The notes: generated by a model not told the origin, from the letters alone. A stretch of 64,000 nucleotides of DNA from Eledone cirrhosa (GCA_964016885.1 OZ024761.1:12586001-12650000), one strand, 5' to 3'; counted from the first letter of the stretch, positions 28,901 to 43,310 are shown. Numbers and translations: made by a program.

Positions 28901-31900
28901 GTACACTATAGGACAGGCCTATAATGTACCATAGATCTGACATATAGTGTACTATAGAACAGACATATAGTGGACTATAGGACAAATCTATAGTGTACTA
29001 TAACAGACCTATAGTGTTCTATAAGACAGACCTATAGAGTACTATTATATTATCCTATAGAACACTATAGGATAAACCTATAATGTTCTATACAACAGAC
29101 CCATAGCGTACTATGATAGTGTACTGTAGGACATTACTGTATGTGTAAACTAATTGCTCTCACCTGCCCAAAACATGAATAACAACAATAAATATATCAA
29201 CAGGCTTACCTCTTCTGTTGGAGGCTGCTCTACCTTGTTAACATAATTCTTTAATACTTCCACAGCACTGCGGCCTGTAATGAAATAATAAAGTATAAGA
29301 AACCAATGACTGACTTTATACTGGTCACTGTTTCCTATTATAAACTGGATATACACAGGGATACAGTGTACATATTGTAAACTAGATATACACAGGGATA
29401 CAGTGTACCTATTGTAAACTGGATATACACAGGGATACAGTGTACCTATTGTAAACCAGATACACACAGGGATACAGTGTACCTATTGTAAACTAGATAT
29501 ACACAGGGATACAGTGTACATATTGTAAACTGGGTATACACAGGGATACAGTGTACCTATTGTAAACCTGATACACACAGGGATACAGTGTACCTATTGT
29601 AAACCTGATACACACAGGGATACAGTGTACCTATTGTAAACCTGATATACACAGGGATACAGTGTACCTATTGTAAACCTGATATACACAGGGATACAGT
29701 GTACCTATTGTAAACTGGGTATACACAGGGATACAGTGTACCTATTGTAAACCTGATATACACAGGGATACAGTGTACCTATTGTAAACCTGATATACAC
29801 AGGGATACAGTGTACCTATTGTAAACTGGGTATACACAGGGATACAGTGTACCTATTGTAAACCTGATATACACAGGGATACAGTGTACCTATTGTAAAC
29901 CTGATATACACAGGGATACAGTGTACCTATTGTAAACCTGATATACACAGGGATACAGTGTACCTATTGTAAACCTGATATACACAGGGATACAGTGTAC
30001 TTATTGTAAACTGGGTATACACAGGGATACAGTGTACTTATTGTAAACCTGATATACACAGGGATACAGTGTACCTATTGTAAACCTGATATACACAGAG
30101 ATACAGTGTACCTATTGTAAACCAGATATACACTGAGATACAGTGTACCTATTGTAAACCAGATATACACTGGGATACAGTGTACCTATTGTACACCAGG
30201 TACACACAGGGATACAGTGTACCTATTGTAAACTGGGTATACACAGGGATACAGTGTACCTATTGTAAACCTGATATACACAGGGATACAGTGTACCTAT
30301 TGTAAACCTGATACACACAGGGATACAGTGTACCTATTGTAAACTGGGTATACACAGGGATACAGTGTACCTATTGTAAACCTGATATACACAGGGATAC
30401 AGTGTACCTATTGTAAACCTGATATACACAGGGATACAGTGTACCTATTGTAAACTGGGTATACACAGGGATACAGTGTACCTATTGTAAACCTGATATA
30501 CACAGGGATACAGTGTACCTATTGTAAACTGGGTATACACAGGGATACAGTGTACCTATTGTAAACTGGGTATACACAGGGATACAGTGTACCTATTGTA
30601 AACCTGATATACACAGGGATACAGTGTACCTATTGTAAACCTGATATACACAGGGATACAGTGTACCTATTGTAAACCTGATATACACAGGGATACAGTG
30701 TACCTATTGTAAACTAGATATACACAGAGATACAGTGTACCTATTGTAAACCTGATATACACAGGGATACAGTGTACCTATTGTAAACTGGGTATACACA
30801 GGGATACAGTGTACCTATTGTAAACCTGATATACACAGGGATACAGTGTACCTATTGTAAACCTGATATACACAGGGATACAGTGTACCTATTGTAAACC
30901 AGATATACACAGGGATACAGTGTACCTATTGTAAACCTGATATACACAGGGATACAGTGTACCTATTGTAAACTAGATATACACAGGGATACAGTGTACC
31001 TATTGTAAACCTGATATACACAGGGATACAGTGTACCTATTGTAAACTGGGTATACACAGGGATACAGTGTACCTATTGTAAACCTGATATACACAGGGA
31101 TACAGTGTACCTATTGTAAACTGGGTATACACAGGGATACAGTGTACCTATTGTAAACTGGGTATACACAGTGATACAGTGTACCTATTGTAAACCAGAT
31201 ATACACAGGGATACAGTGTACCTATTGTAAACTAGATATACACAGGGATACAGTGTACCTATTGTAAACCAGATATACACAGGGATACAGTGTACCTATT
31301 GTAAACCTGATATACACAGGGATACAGTGTACCTATTGTAAACTAGATATACACAGGGATACAGTGTACCTATTGTAAACCTGATATACACAGGGATACA
31401 GTGTACCTATTGTAAACTAGATATACACAGGGATTCAGTGTACCTATTGTAAACCTGATATACACAGGGATACAGTGTACCTATTGTAAACCTGATATAC
31501 ACAGGGATACAGTGTACCTATTGTAAACTGGGTATACACAGGGATACAGTGTACATATTGTAAACTAGATATACACAGGGATACAGTGTACCTATTGTAA
31601 ACCAGATATACACAGGGATACAGTGTACCTATTGTAAACTGGATATACACAGGGATACAGTGTACCTATTGTAAACTGGGTATACACAGGGATACAGTGT
31701 ACCTATTGTAAACTAGTAGATATATCCAATAGATTTAATTTTCGAGTGACTTACCTAACTTTGTTGAAGATTTGGTAAGAGAGATACGTCCATGAGTCTG
31801 TGGTCTCCCTGCAACTGCTCCTGGGTGAATCTGGCCTGGAGGTAGACGCACTGGTATAGCCGGAGACACCAAAATATTTGTGATATCTACAAGTAAACAA

Positions 31901-34900
31901 CATCATCATCATCATTTCAACATCTAATTATCCATGTTGGAAGGGGCCTTTTGAAGCAATGTTTTACAGCTAAATATCCTTCCTTAAAACCAACAATTTG
32001 AATTACCTCTTACAAGAAGCAAGGATACAGTGTACACATTCTAAAATCACTGGATACATACACATATATAAACATACATGTAGTTATATCAAGATATACA
32101 CACACACATAAACATACATGTAGTTATATCAATATATACGCACACACATATATAAAGATGTAGCTATTTCTCTAAACTATAGTTATATCAATATATACAC
32201 ACACACACATAAACATACATGTAGTTATATCAATATATACACACACACATATATAAAGATGTAGCTATTTATCTAAACTATAGTTATATCAATATATACA
32301 CACACACACACATAAACATACATGTAGTTATATCAATATATACGCACACACATATATAAAGATGTAGCTATTTATCTAAACTATAGTTATATCAATATAT
32401 ACACACACACACATAAACATACATGTAGTTATATCAATATATACACACACACATATATAAAGATGTAGCTATTTATCTAAACTATAGTTATATCAATATA
32501 TACACACACACACATAAACATACATGTAGTTATATCAATATATACACACACACATATATAAAGATGTAGCTATTTATCTAAACTATAATAAAGGAAGGTC
32601 TGCCTTTATTTTTTATTATCCCATTTGTAAAATAAGTTGGATTACTTTGAATAAATAATTGTTTCTACTTTAGGCACAAGGCCAGCAATTGCCCAGTATA
32701 TTACAGGTACTTTATTTTATCGACCCCGTAAGGATGAAAGGCAAAGTTAACCTCGGCGGAATTTGAACTCAGACCGTAAACTATGCTGGAAAGCATGGCA
32801 TCCAACCCTCTACCGATACTGCCAATCCACCATAATGAATTAATATTATATAATTTATCTACTAAATTTCGTAGCTGTTCATTAAATATATTTTATTACT
32901 TATTTAAAGATTCACTTCTTTAAACTTTTCAAATGTCAACACTGCCAGTTAGCGATCGCTTGAATAAACATTTATATATTTCTGTCACTAATTTTCTCCT
33001 AATGCAGTTAATTATTAACCATCTTCCCAACAACCCTGAGTACCTTTTTGATTTCCATGTATCTAATACACGTGGGCATGCCCACAAAGTAAAAAAACAG
33101 CACAGCTCCCATGACTTTCGGAAACAATTTTTCACGCTCAGAGTTGCTGAAGCATGGAACAAACTCCCTGCATCAGTTGTTAGCTGTCAAGACACTGCAT
33201 CCTTTAAAAGCTCCATCAGTTGTTAGCTGTCGAGACACTGCATCCTTTAAAACCTCCATGGAACAAACTACCTGCATCAGTTGTTAGCTATCGAGACACT
33301 GCATCCTTTAAAACCTCCATGGAACAAACTACCTGCATCAGTTGTTAGCTATCGAGACACTGCATCCTTTAAAACCTCCATGGAACAAACTACCTGCATC
33401 AGTTGTTAGCTGTCGAGACACTGCATCCTTTAAAACCTCCATGGAACAAACTACCTGCATCAGTTGTTAGCTATCGAGACACTGCATCCTTTAAAACCTC
33501 CATGAAACAAACTACCTGCATCAGTTGTTAGCTGTCGAGACACTGCCTCCTTTAAAACCTCCATGGAACAAACTACCTGCATCAGTTGTTAGCTGTCGAG
33601 ACACTGCATCCTTTAAAACCTCCATGGAACAAACTACCTGCATCAGTTGTTAGCTGTCGAGACACTGCATCCTTTAAAACCTCCATGGAACAAACTACCT
33701 GCATCAGTTGTTAGCTGTCGAGACACTGCATCCTTTAAAACCTCCATGTTTCCTGAGATTCACCAACACTACACCTCATATCCCCCCCCATCCATACACA
33801 TGCACACACGTATATCATGACTCGTACATTGTTCATTTCCCTGACATTTGTATATTATTCTATGTACTATACATGCACCTTTGACGAGTTGTAGTGCACC
33901 TGAGCACTGTACACAATAATTTCATTATTATTATTATTAATATGTGTCATGTGTCATGGATTACGTTACTGATTACAGAAGACAGTGTAACGCAGTCTTT
34001 GTTCCATTTCTGTGTATATTGTCAATTACGATGTTGTATTATATCTACATGTATATATACCTGCGTATAATATCAATATACACACTACATATAAGAAACA
34101 TACTTGCACACCATGTACCCACACAGCTACACTACACACCACCATGTACCCACACTACACATCACCATGTACCCACAGTCACACTACACACCACCATGTA
34201 CCCACACAGCCACACTACACACCACCATGTACCCACACAGCCACACTACACATCACCGTGTACCCACAGAGCCACACTACACACCACCATGTACCCACAC
34301 AGCCACACTACACACCACCATGTACCCACAATGCTACACTACACACCACCATGTACCCACACTACACATCACCATGTACCCACACAGTCACACTACACAC
34401 CACCATGTACCCACACAGCCACACTACACACCACCATGTACCCACAGAGCCACACTACACACCACCATGTACCCACACAGCCACACTACACACCACCATG
34501 TACCCACAATGCTACACTCCACACCACCATGTACCCACACTACACATCACCATGTACCCACACAGCCACACTACACACCACCATGTACCCACACAGCCAC
34601 ACTACACACCACCATGTACCCACACAGCTACACTACACACCACCATGTACCCACACAGCTACACTACACACCACCATGTACCCACACTACACATCACCAT
34701 GTACCCACACAGCCACACTTCACACCACCATGTACCCACAATGCTACACTACACACCACCATGTACCCACACTACACATCACCATGTACCCACACTACAC
34801 ATCACCATGTACCCACACAGTCACACTACACACCACCATGTAGCCACAAAGCTACACTACACACCACCATGTACCCACACTACACACCCCCATGTACCCA

Positions 34901-37447
34901 CACAGCCACACTAGCAGGTACCCATATGTACCCTCACCATTAATACTACACACACCATAGGACTACAGTAATAAAGCGGTTGTTTAACCCTTTAATGTTC
35001 AAACCAGCCCAAACCGGCCAGAATTCTCTACCTCTTTCTGTTAAAACTGGCTGTAACTGGTCACTCATACTGATGTTAAGGTATTGTTCTCAAAATAAAT
35101 ACTTTCAAAATTTCATAGATTCGATATTTACCATGAAAATACAATAGTATATATAGAGTAATGTAAATGTTATGTGAGATATTATGTGAGGTAAAGCCTT
35201 TACTGTGAAAATACAATAGTATATATAGAGTAATGTAAATGTTATGTGAGATATTATGTGAGGTAAAGCCTTTACTGTGAAAATACAATAGTATATATAG
35301 AGTAATGTAAATGTTATGTGAGATATTATGTGAGGTAAAGCCTTTACTGTGAAAATACAATAGTATATATAGAGTAATGTAAATGTTATGTGAGATATTA
35401 TGTGAGGTAAAGCCTTTACTGTGAAAATACAATAGTATATATAGAGTAATGTAAATGTTATGTGAGATATTATGTGAGGTAAAGCCTTTACTGTGAAAAT
35501 ACAATAGTATATATAGAGTAATGTAAATGTTATGTAAGATATTATGTGAGGTAAAGCCTTTACTGTGAAAATACAATAGTATATATAGAGTAATGTAAAT
35601 GTTATGTAAGATATTATGTGAGGTAAAGCCTTTACTGTGAAAATACAATAGTATATATAGAGTAATGTACATGCTAAAGGGTTAAAACAGGCTTACTCGA
35701 TACAACAGGGCTGATCAAACGTCCAATAGCCTTCATATTTGTGGGTTGATTAAGGGCTACAGGAGCACTGGAAAGATAGCAACAATATATTAGTGGGTGG
35801 AGGGTCACAGGAGTACTGGGTGGAGGATCACAGGAGTACTGGGTGGAGGGTCACAGGAGTACTGGGTGGAGGGTCACAGGAGTACTGGGTGGAGGGTCGC
35901 AGGAGTACTGGGTGGAGGGTCACAGGAGTACTGGGTGGAGGGTCGCAGGAGTACTGGGTGGAGGGTCACAGGAGTACTGGGTGGAGGGTCAAAGGAACAC
36001 CGGGTGGAGGGTCACAGGAGTACCGGGTGGAGGGTCACAGGAGTACTGGGTGGAGGGTCACAGGAGTACTGGGTGGAGGGTCAAAGGAACACCGGGTGGA
36101 GGGTCACAGGAGTACCGGGTGGAGGGTCGCAGGAGTACTGGGTGGAGGGTCGCAGGAGTACTGGGTGGAGGGTCGCAGGAGTACTGGGTGGAGGGTCGCA
36201 GGAGTACTGGGTGGAGGGTCGCAGGAGTACTGGGTGGAGGGTCGCAGGAGTACTGGGTGGAGGGTCGCAGGAGTACTGGGTGGAGGGTCGCAGGAGTACT
36301 GGGTGGAGGGTCACAGGAGTACTGGGTGGAGGGTCAAAGGAACACCGGGTGGAGGGTCACAGGAGTACCGGGTGGAGGGTCGCAGGAGTACTGGGTGGAG
36401 GGTCGCAGGAGTACTGGGTGGAGGGTCGCAGGAGTACTGGGTGGAGGGTCGCAGGAGTACTGGGTGGAGGGTCGCAGGAGTACTGGGTGGAGGGTCGCAG
36501 GAGTACTGGGTGGAGGGTCGCAGGAGTACTGGGTGGAGGGTCGCAGGAGTACTGGGTGGAGGGTCACAGGAGTACTGGGTGGAGGGTCAAAGGAACACCG
36601 GGTGGAGGGTCACAGGAGTACCGGGTGGAGGGTCACAGGAGTACTGGGTGGAGGGTCACAGGAGTACTGGGTGGCAAGAGAGCTGATGTAAACATGTTTA
36701 ACAAATACTTAGCAAAGTGTAATATTATTAATAACAAGGCCAGCAATCTTTATTGGGGGGGGGGGGGGTCGATTAAATCGATCCCAGTGTATTACTGGTA
36801 CAGAAGAAAAGGATAGAAAAAGAAAAGGAAGAAGAAGAAGAAGAAGAAGAAAAGAAAGAAGAAAAGAAGGCAGAAGAAGCAGAAGAAGAAGAAAAGAAAA
36901 AGTAAAGAAGAAGTAAAAAAGGCAGAAGAAGAAGAAGAAAATGAAGAAGAAGAAGAAAAGAAGGTGATAAATGTTTGTGTGAACTTACTTGGATAAAGAA
37001 GGTTGGTGTGACCCCGGCATATGAAACAGGGCCCTGGTGGGTTGAACCCCGTTAGCTAAAGGGTCCAGAGGCCCGGTGTTGTAACCAGAGTACTGGGGTA
37101 GATATGCCTGGGGGGACTGACAGTGTAACTGCTGTGGGTTGACCATCTGTCCGCTGTGGTGGACCCCCTGAGGGTGTTGTGCCAGTTGCATTTGAGAGGG
37201 GTGAGCATATAATGGGGCCTGGCTCCTGAGTCTGCTACCAGCAGCAAGCATGCCAGCAGTATTTAAATTAGGGTTAACAATAAGGTTAGGGTTACTGGAT
37301 ATATTTGGAATGAAATGTGCTTGTTGTTGTTGATGTTGTTGGTGGTGGTGTTGTTGTGGATGTTGTTGTTGGTGGTGGTGGTGGTGGTGGTGTTGTTGGT
37401 GGTGGTGGTGGTGGGGGCGTGGTTGTTGTTGTTGTTGCTGCTGTTGC

Positions 37448-37502
<55 letters not shown>

Positions 37503-38509
37503 GCTGTGGTTGCGGCGGTGGTGGTGCTTGGAGTTGAGTTTGGAGGTGATTGGGAGATGTCATCATCTGCGACCCAATCAGCTGTTTGTGAGATCCAGAT
37601 CCGTTGTTTTGAAGTTTTCCGTTGCTACCGTCCGCCCCGGGCAAGCCACCACCACCACCCGCTCCGGGCAAGCCACCACCACCCGCTCCGGGCAAGCCAC
37701 CACCACCACCCGCTCCGGGCAAGCCGCCACCACCTGCTCCGGGCAAGCCGCCACCACCACCCGCCCCGGGCAAGCCACCACCACCCGCCCCGGGCAAGCC
37801 GCCACCAGTTGTATGAGGGGGGAACTGACAAGAAGCCGTTGGTGGTGCAACAGGAATCATGTAGGTGTTGTGATGTGGGTGATGTTGATGGTTAGGATTC
37901 TGATGGTGGTTCATACCATACGGGCTACCCGGACTCAAGCAAATGGAGCTAACTGGCTGCGGTTGTGGGTGCAATGATGCATTTCCGGAAGGGTGTTGTG
38001 AATTTGCCAAAGCAGCAGAGGCGGAAGGCACTTTGTGTCCGATGTTGTTCAGCTTCAGTTTCTTTGCAAGGGCCAACTTTGACTGAAGAGGAGAAGAGGA
38101 GAGAAAGCCATTGGGATTGAAAAAGGTGGAGGCTAACATTTGCGAGCGCCCCTGGGTAGAATTTACTGAAGCAGTTTTGGAGAGGGAGCGTTTGTTACCC
38201 TTGTTCGAGAAACTGGTCTGGCTGTTTGATCGTCTCATGTTCGGGGGTACAACAGACGCCCCGTTATCTCCCCCCCCTGGGTATGAATTGTCCGACATGT
38301 TATGCTCACTGCTTTGGTTGGAAGTTGAAGCCCCCGTTAAAGGGACTTGCTGTTGGCCTGGGATCATGGAAGCTGAAACCCCTGCCGATGAGGACTGCTG
38401 TTGGCCGGGAATTAGAGATTGAGACAGAAACTGTTGTTGTTGTTGCTGCTGCTGCTGCTGCTGCTGTTGCAATTGCTGCTGCTGTTGCTGCTGTTGTTGT
38501 TGTTGTTGT

Positions 38510-38541
<32 letters not shown>

Positions 38542-41421
38542 TTGTTGCAATTGCTGCTGCTGCAAAGTTTGCTGCTGCTGCTGCTGTTGTTGTTGCAAAG
38601 CTTGTTGTTGCTGCTGCTGCTGCTGTTGTTGTAAAGCTTGTTGCTGTTGCTGTTGATGTTGTTGTTGTTGTTGCTGTTGCAATGCCTGCTGCTGCTGTTG
38701 TTGTTGTTGTTGTGATAGAGGTAGTCCAAGCTGTTGTTGTGGTAACGGAGATGTCTGTGACATTGGCGAATGCATGTTCAGGGCCGGCATCATGGGAGAG
38801 GCCACAGCCTGAGGATAGAAGTATGTGAGTGTGGTGCGACGGATCTTGCGAGCATTGCCTGTCTCCACACGAATTTGTTTCATGGAAGCCAGATCTAGAA
38901 AGTATGGCATACATATATTGGGAGACTTACTCAAGTCGATATTCTGCAGGCCCTGTAACCAGGATGATTCAATGAGACAGAGTGTAACCATGTCAAACAT
39001 TTGCCAATTGCCTGGTTGGTCACCTTCCCATTGCCAAACTATACCTTTTGCAGCCGGGTTGTCCCTGGGGTAGAGCTGCCGTCTAATAGGACGACTTGTG
39101 CCTGAAAAATTAAGACAAAACAATAAGGAAATTTAAAAAAATAAAAATGGTTTCTTATATAGGCACAAGGCCAGCAATTTTGGAGAAGGGGAAAGTCGAT
39201 TAAATTGACCCCAGTGCGTGACTGGTACTTTCTTTTATCGACCCCGTAAGGATGAAGGGCAAAGTTAACCTCGGCGGGATTTGAACTGAGATCATAAAGG
39301 GACCTAACTCTATGCTTCAAAGCATGGTGTCCGACTCTCTACCGATACTGCCAATCCACCACAATCATATTTCTATGAAAGACACTACCTATGTCATTAA
39401 ACATTTCATTACCATATTTCTAATGAAAGACACTACCTATGTCATTAAACATTTCATTACCATATTTCTAATAAAAGACACTACCTATGTCATTAACCCT
39501 TTCATTACCATATTTCTAATGTAAGACACTGTCTATGTCATTAACCCTTTCATTACTATATTTCTAATGAAAGACACTGTCTATGTCATTAAACATTTCA
39601 TTACCATATTTCTAATAAAAGACACTACCTATGTCATTAACCCTTTCATTACCATATTTCTAATGTAAGACACTGTCTATGTCATTAACCCTTTCATTAC
39701 TATATTTCTAATGAAAGACACTACCTATGTCATTAACCATTTCATTACTATATTTCTAATGAAAGACACTGTCTATGTCATTAACCCTTTCATTACCATA
39801 TTTCTAATGAAAGACACTACCTATGTCATTAACCCTTTTATTACCATATTTCTAATGAAAGACACTGTATGTGTCATTAACCCTTTTATTACCATATTTC
39901 TAATTGAAGACACTGTCTATGTCATTAACCCTTTCATTACCATATTTCTAATGAAAGACACTGTATGTGTCATTAACCCTTTTATTACCATATTTCTAAT
40001 TGAAGACACTGTCTATGTCATTAACCCTTTCATTACCATATTTCTAATGAAAGACACTGTATGTGTCATTAACCCTTTTATTACCATATTTCTAATTGAA
40101 GACACTGTCTATGTCATTAACCCTTTCATTACCATATTTCTAATGAAAGACACTGTCTGTGTCATTAACCCTTTCATTACCATATTTCTAATGAAAGACA
40201 CTGTCTGTGTCTTTAACCCTTTCATTACCATATTTCTAATGAAAGACACTGTCTGTGTCATTAACCCTTTCATTACGATATTTCTTATTTAAATAACCTA
40301 TATATATATATATATATATAAATGAATAAAAAATCGGATGCCTTATTCAGTTGATTCAGGTTTATTTAAAACTCTGTTATACATACTTCAATTATGATAG
40401 CCTGAGTTCTTCAGATGGCAAAACCTAAAATAAACATAGGTTTCTATGAAACCTTTAAATTAGGAAAAATCTAATCATCTCCCTGTTAACCCCTTACTAT
40501 ATATATATCATCATCATCATCATCACCGTTTTACGTCCGTTCTTCCACGCTAGCGTGGGTTAGACGGGTTGTCCTGTTGTGGGCAGTGTCTGGTTGGCTG
40601 ACCTTGTCTTGCTCATACAGGAACTGATTCTGGCTTGATTTCTACAGCTGGATGTCCTTCCTAACACCAACCTCATTTACAGCGAGTGCTGGGTGCTTTT
40701 TTTCCATGGCGCCTACATGTCCACTTTACAGTGTGGGCTGGGTGCTTCACGACCACTTTGCAGTAGAATATGGACCCCAGTCCTATCATCTCATTACAGC
40801 TGAGTAAACTGGAGCAATGTGAAATAAAGGGTCTTGCTGAAGGAAACAACACATCACCCGGTCCAAGAATTGAACTCACAACCTTTCGATTGCAAGCCCA
40901 ATGCTCTAACCACTAAGCCATGCTCCTTCACATATATATATATATATATATTTATTTATTTATGCCTACCTTAACTAGCAACTACACAGCCAATTCTATT
41001 CTCTCTCTATATATATATATATAAAATTTTAAAAAAATGGAGTTATCGACTCACATTCATCCCCGATAATTTAATGAGCCCAAGGTATAGATTCCGGGCT
41101 CATTATAAATCAGCATATAGAGAGAAGTACACATAGATATATGTGTTCAGTCATATAGGATCAAACACCTCGTCACTCTGGTGGCTTTTGATCCCCTATG
41201 ATTGAACACATATCTCTAAGTGTACTTCTATTTATATGATGAATTATTTACACACATATATATATATATATCAGCATATAAATATATCATCAACATCATC
41301 GTTCAACGTCCATCTTCCACGCTAGCATGGGTTAGACGGTTTTGTCCCAATTGATGTCTCACTCGTACGGAAGTGTCTTTGGCAGATTTTTTACGGTTGG
41401 ATGCCCTCCCTAACACGACCA

Positions 41422-41469
<48 letters not shown>

Positions 41470-42447
41470 CACACACACATATAGATATATAGATATATAT
41501 ATAGTTCAAGGAAACGACAAACAGCTCCAAAAAGTCTTATTAGTTTCATACTTTATATAGAAAAGGGTGAAGTTCAACGTGTCGGGCTTTAGCCCTTCTT
41601 CAGAAGTACAAAAATAGAGACAGGATCACAAAGGATAAGTGTGTGTGTGTGTGTGTGTAATACTATCCACATTTGTATGGTAACTGGAGAATATATTAAA
41701 TAAGCAAAGTATCTCCACCCACATTAATATAGACTTAAAGGAAATAAAGAAGAGATGAACATAGTTTATATTTATGGACATTGATGTAAAGTAGTTATGG
41801 ACTACCTCTTCCGAGCATGATGGGCCAAATAGGATGTAACGCATTACTAAGAAGAAAAAAGAAAAAGAAAAAAAAAATCAACGCAATTTAGAAATTAGGC
41901 GTGTGCCATTAAGAAATCAAAGGTGCCGCAGTTTGCCCATGACTGGTGTAGAGAGACATCAAAATACTAGAGGAAAGGCACCGGGATGGATTTAGACAAT
42001 GGACAAATAACGAATTCTTCACTGCTCTAATATTTATGATAATTTAAAGCAGATATCAAGCATACACTTGTCTCTCAGTTGACCATCAGCAGGAATTCTC
42101 TGCGTGCTAATATCTAATTCTTTACAAACACCTTATATTTTTATTAAATTGTAAAGAATTACAGTCGGCAAATGAATATAATAATCAACAAAACACATTA
42201 AGACGTACTTAGAGCGAGAGAAATATTAAAATATTTGTTTACCTGTACCGTGTCGTATCTGTGTTTGAGTGACAAAATCTATATCGTACATGACTAACTT
42301 TTGATCCACAGCGCCCAGGTTTATACGACTGTTAATCGCTCTGTATTTCTCGATAAAATTGGTAATCAGGGGGTCGTAGGGTCGCCAAACCCCCTGCATG
42401 AACCATTCCCACACGACAATCATATCAATGGAGCCAGGGGCAGCCAT
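25096..42447 (-). CDS. DTX: Deltex E3 ubiquitin ligase (DTX1/2/4-type: two WWE, low-complexity linker, RING-H2, DTC domain), 1089 aa
   Basis: Exons 42447-42243, 39101-36989, 35767-35697, 31886-31755, 29274-29210, 28449-28309, 27835-27674, 27103-27014 and 25386-25096 splice in frame to 3270 nt. Motifs: VVWEW...WRPY, WQWEGD, CCIC...CAHFFHTLC...[13 protein letters not shown]...[18 protein letters not shown]...WNEIHHKT...[10 protein letters not shown]. Confidence 0.95.
25451..25755. repeat. Near-perfect fold-back, ~135-bp arms and ~36-nt loop
   Basis: 25451-25585 is the reverse complement of 25622-25755 with few mismatches. Confidence 0.9.
26024..26653. mobile_element. Tail-to-tail pair of family A SINEs
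   Basis: 26024-26310 (+) and 26311-26653 (-). Confidence 0.82.
27014..27103 (-). CDS. DTX: Deltex coding exon 8 (DTC)
   Basis: [30 protein letters not shown]. Confidence 0.95.
27674..27835 (-). CDS. DTX: Deltex coding exon 7
   Basis: [25 protein letters not shown]...SLPGY...[13 protein letters not shown]. Confidence 0.95.
28309..28449 (-). CDS. DTX: Deltex coding exon 6 (RING-H2)
   Basis: [47 protein letters not shown]. Confidence 0.95.
29210..29274 (-). CDS. DTX: Deltex coding exon 5
   Basis: [21 protein letters not shown], the pre-RING segment; GTAAG donor. Confidence 0.9.
29335..31715. repeat. 37-bp minisatellite, ~64 copies
   Basis: Unit gggatacagtgtacctattgtaaacctgatatacaca. Confidence 0.95.
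31755..31886 (-). CDS. DTX: Deltex coding exon 4
   Basis: ttgtag acceptor; [22 protein letters not shown]...STKL; GTAAGT donor. Confidence 0.82.
   Translation of the reverse strand: MSQIFWCLRLYQCVYLQARFTQEQLQGDHRLMDVSLLPNLQQS
33010..33940 (+). mobile_element. CR1-group LINE 3' fragment with internal 61-bp tandem array (~33155-33748)
   Basis: [35 protein letters not shown], and a 3'UTR/tail matching 53231-53720 in the opposite orientation. Confidence 0.85.
34108..34915. repeat. 31/22-bp CA-rich minisatellite
   Basis: Unit ccatgtacccacacagccacactacacacca and a shorter variant. Confidence 0.9.
35697..35767 (-). CDS. DTX: Deltex coding exon 3
   Basis: ttccag acceptor; [23 protein letters not shown]; GTAAG donor; phase 2-1 bridges exons 2 and 4. 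Confidence 0.78.
35793..36672. repeat. 23-bp G-rich minisatellite, ~38 copies
   Basis: Unit gggtggagggtcacaggagtact. Confidence 0.95.
36989..39101 (-). CDS. DTX: Deltex coding exon 2 (WWE2 plus polyQ/Gly/His linker)
   Basis: ttttcag acceptor; TSRPIRR...[15 protein letters not shown]...; 2113 nt open; GTAAGT donor. Confidence 0.92.
39365..40290. repeat. 48-bp minisatellite, ~19 copies
   Basis: Unit taatgaaagacactgtctatgtcattaaccctttcattaccatatttc. Confidence 0.92.
40508..40930 (-). mobile_element. SINE family A copy
   Basis: Same head, body and tail. Other partial copies at ~4100-4272, 9745-9872, 17095-17340, 21230-21395, 26745-26965 and 41288-41422. Confidence 0.8.
42243..42447 (-). CDS. 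DTX: Deltex coding exon 1 (WWE1)
   Basis: AAAATG start; [27 protein letters not shown]...TQTQIRHGT. An upstream ctgcag acceptor near 42472 implies a further 5' non-coding exon. Confidence 0.9.
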
Positions 42448-43258
42448 TTTACTAATGCTGCTAACATTCAACTGCAGAAGCAGAGCTGACACTCACTCTC
42501 TATACCACCACAGCACACGACACAGAACATTACATGATATATATGTGTGTATATTGTGCATATGTATATATATATATATATATATATACACAATATACAC
42601 ACACATGTATATATATATATATATATACACATATATATCATGTAATGTTCTGTATATATATATATATATATATAAATTTCTATTTATATATATTTCTATT
42701 TATATATATTTATATAAATTTCTATATATATATATATATAGAAAGAGAGAGAGAACTAACCACAGCACATGCACACACACACGCACTATATATAATTATA
42801 TATATACATATATACGCACATGCATACACACACGTATATGTATGTGGCTACTATTACCCTAATTTGAGAAGAAATTATTATTATTTAATCAGAAATTCGA
42901 TTTCCATTCTATATATGGAAAAAGCTAGCTAGACAGGGGTAGAACGAGAGAAATAGATATACTAAATGTCTCTATTAGCGATCATATTTTAACCGTGCCG
43001 GTTGAGTGATTAGAACTTGCCTCGTATTCGATGAAACTCTACTGTCATTAGCTTTCAATTACAACTTATTCTGCCAGTCGCACAATTATATTTTTCGGCC
43101 AGTATAGAGTTGATAAAAATGTTGATTTTTTTTTTCTTTTTCTTTTAATGTTTTTCATATTCTGAATATTTGCAGAAATATTATACAGGATGTCCCCCAA
43201 AAATGTATACACAACACACTTCAACAGCATTCTAAAATATTTTCTTATATATATAGGT

Positions 43259-43294
<36 letters not shown>

Positions 43295-43310
43295 GTGTAT
43301 GTATATATTG

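Noticed and set aside
29335-31715. CRISPR-like regular 37-bp repeats
   Set aside because: Head-to-tail units with no unique spacers, no cas genes, and a eukaryotic intron context. The same applies to the other arrays.
33960-34062. Possible extra Deltex exon
   Set aside because: Exons 3 and 4 already join in phase, and no Deltex-like translation was seen.
33944-36816. His/Thr/Pro-rich and Gly/Trp-rich ORFs
   Set aside because: Products of 31-, 72- and 23-bp minisatellites.
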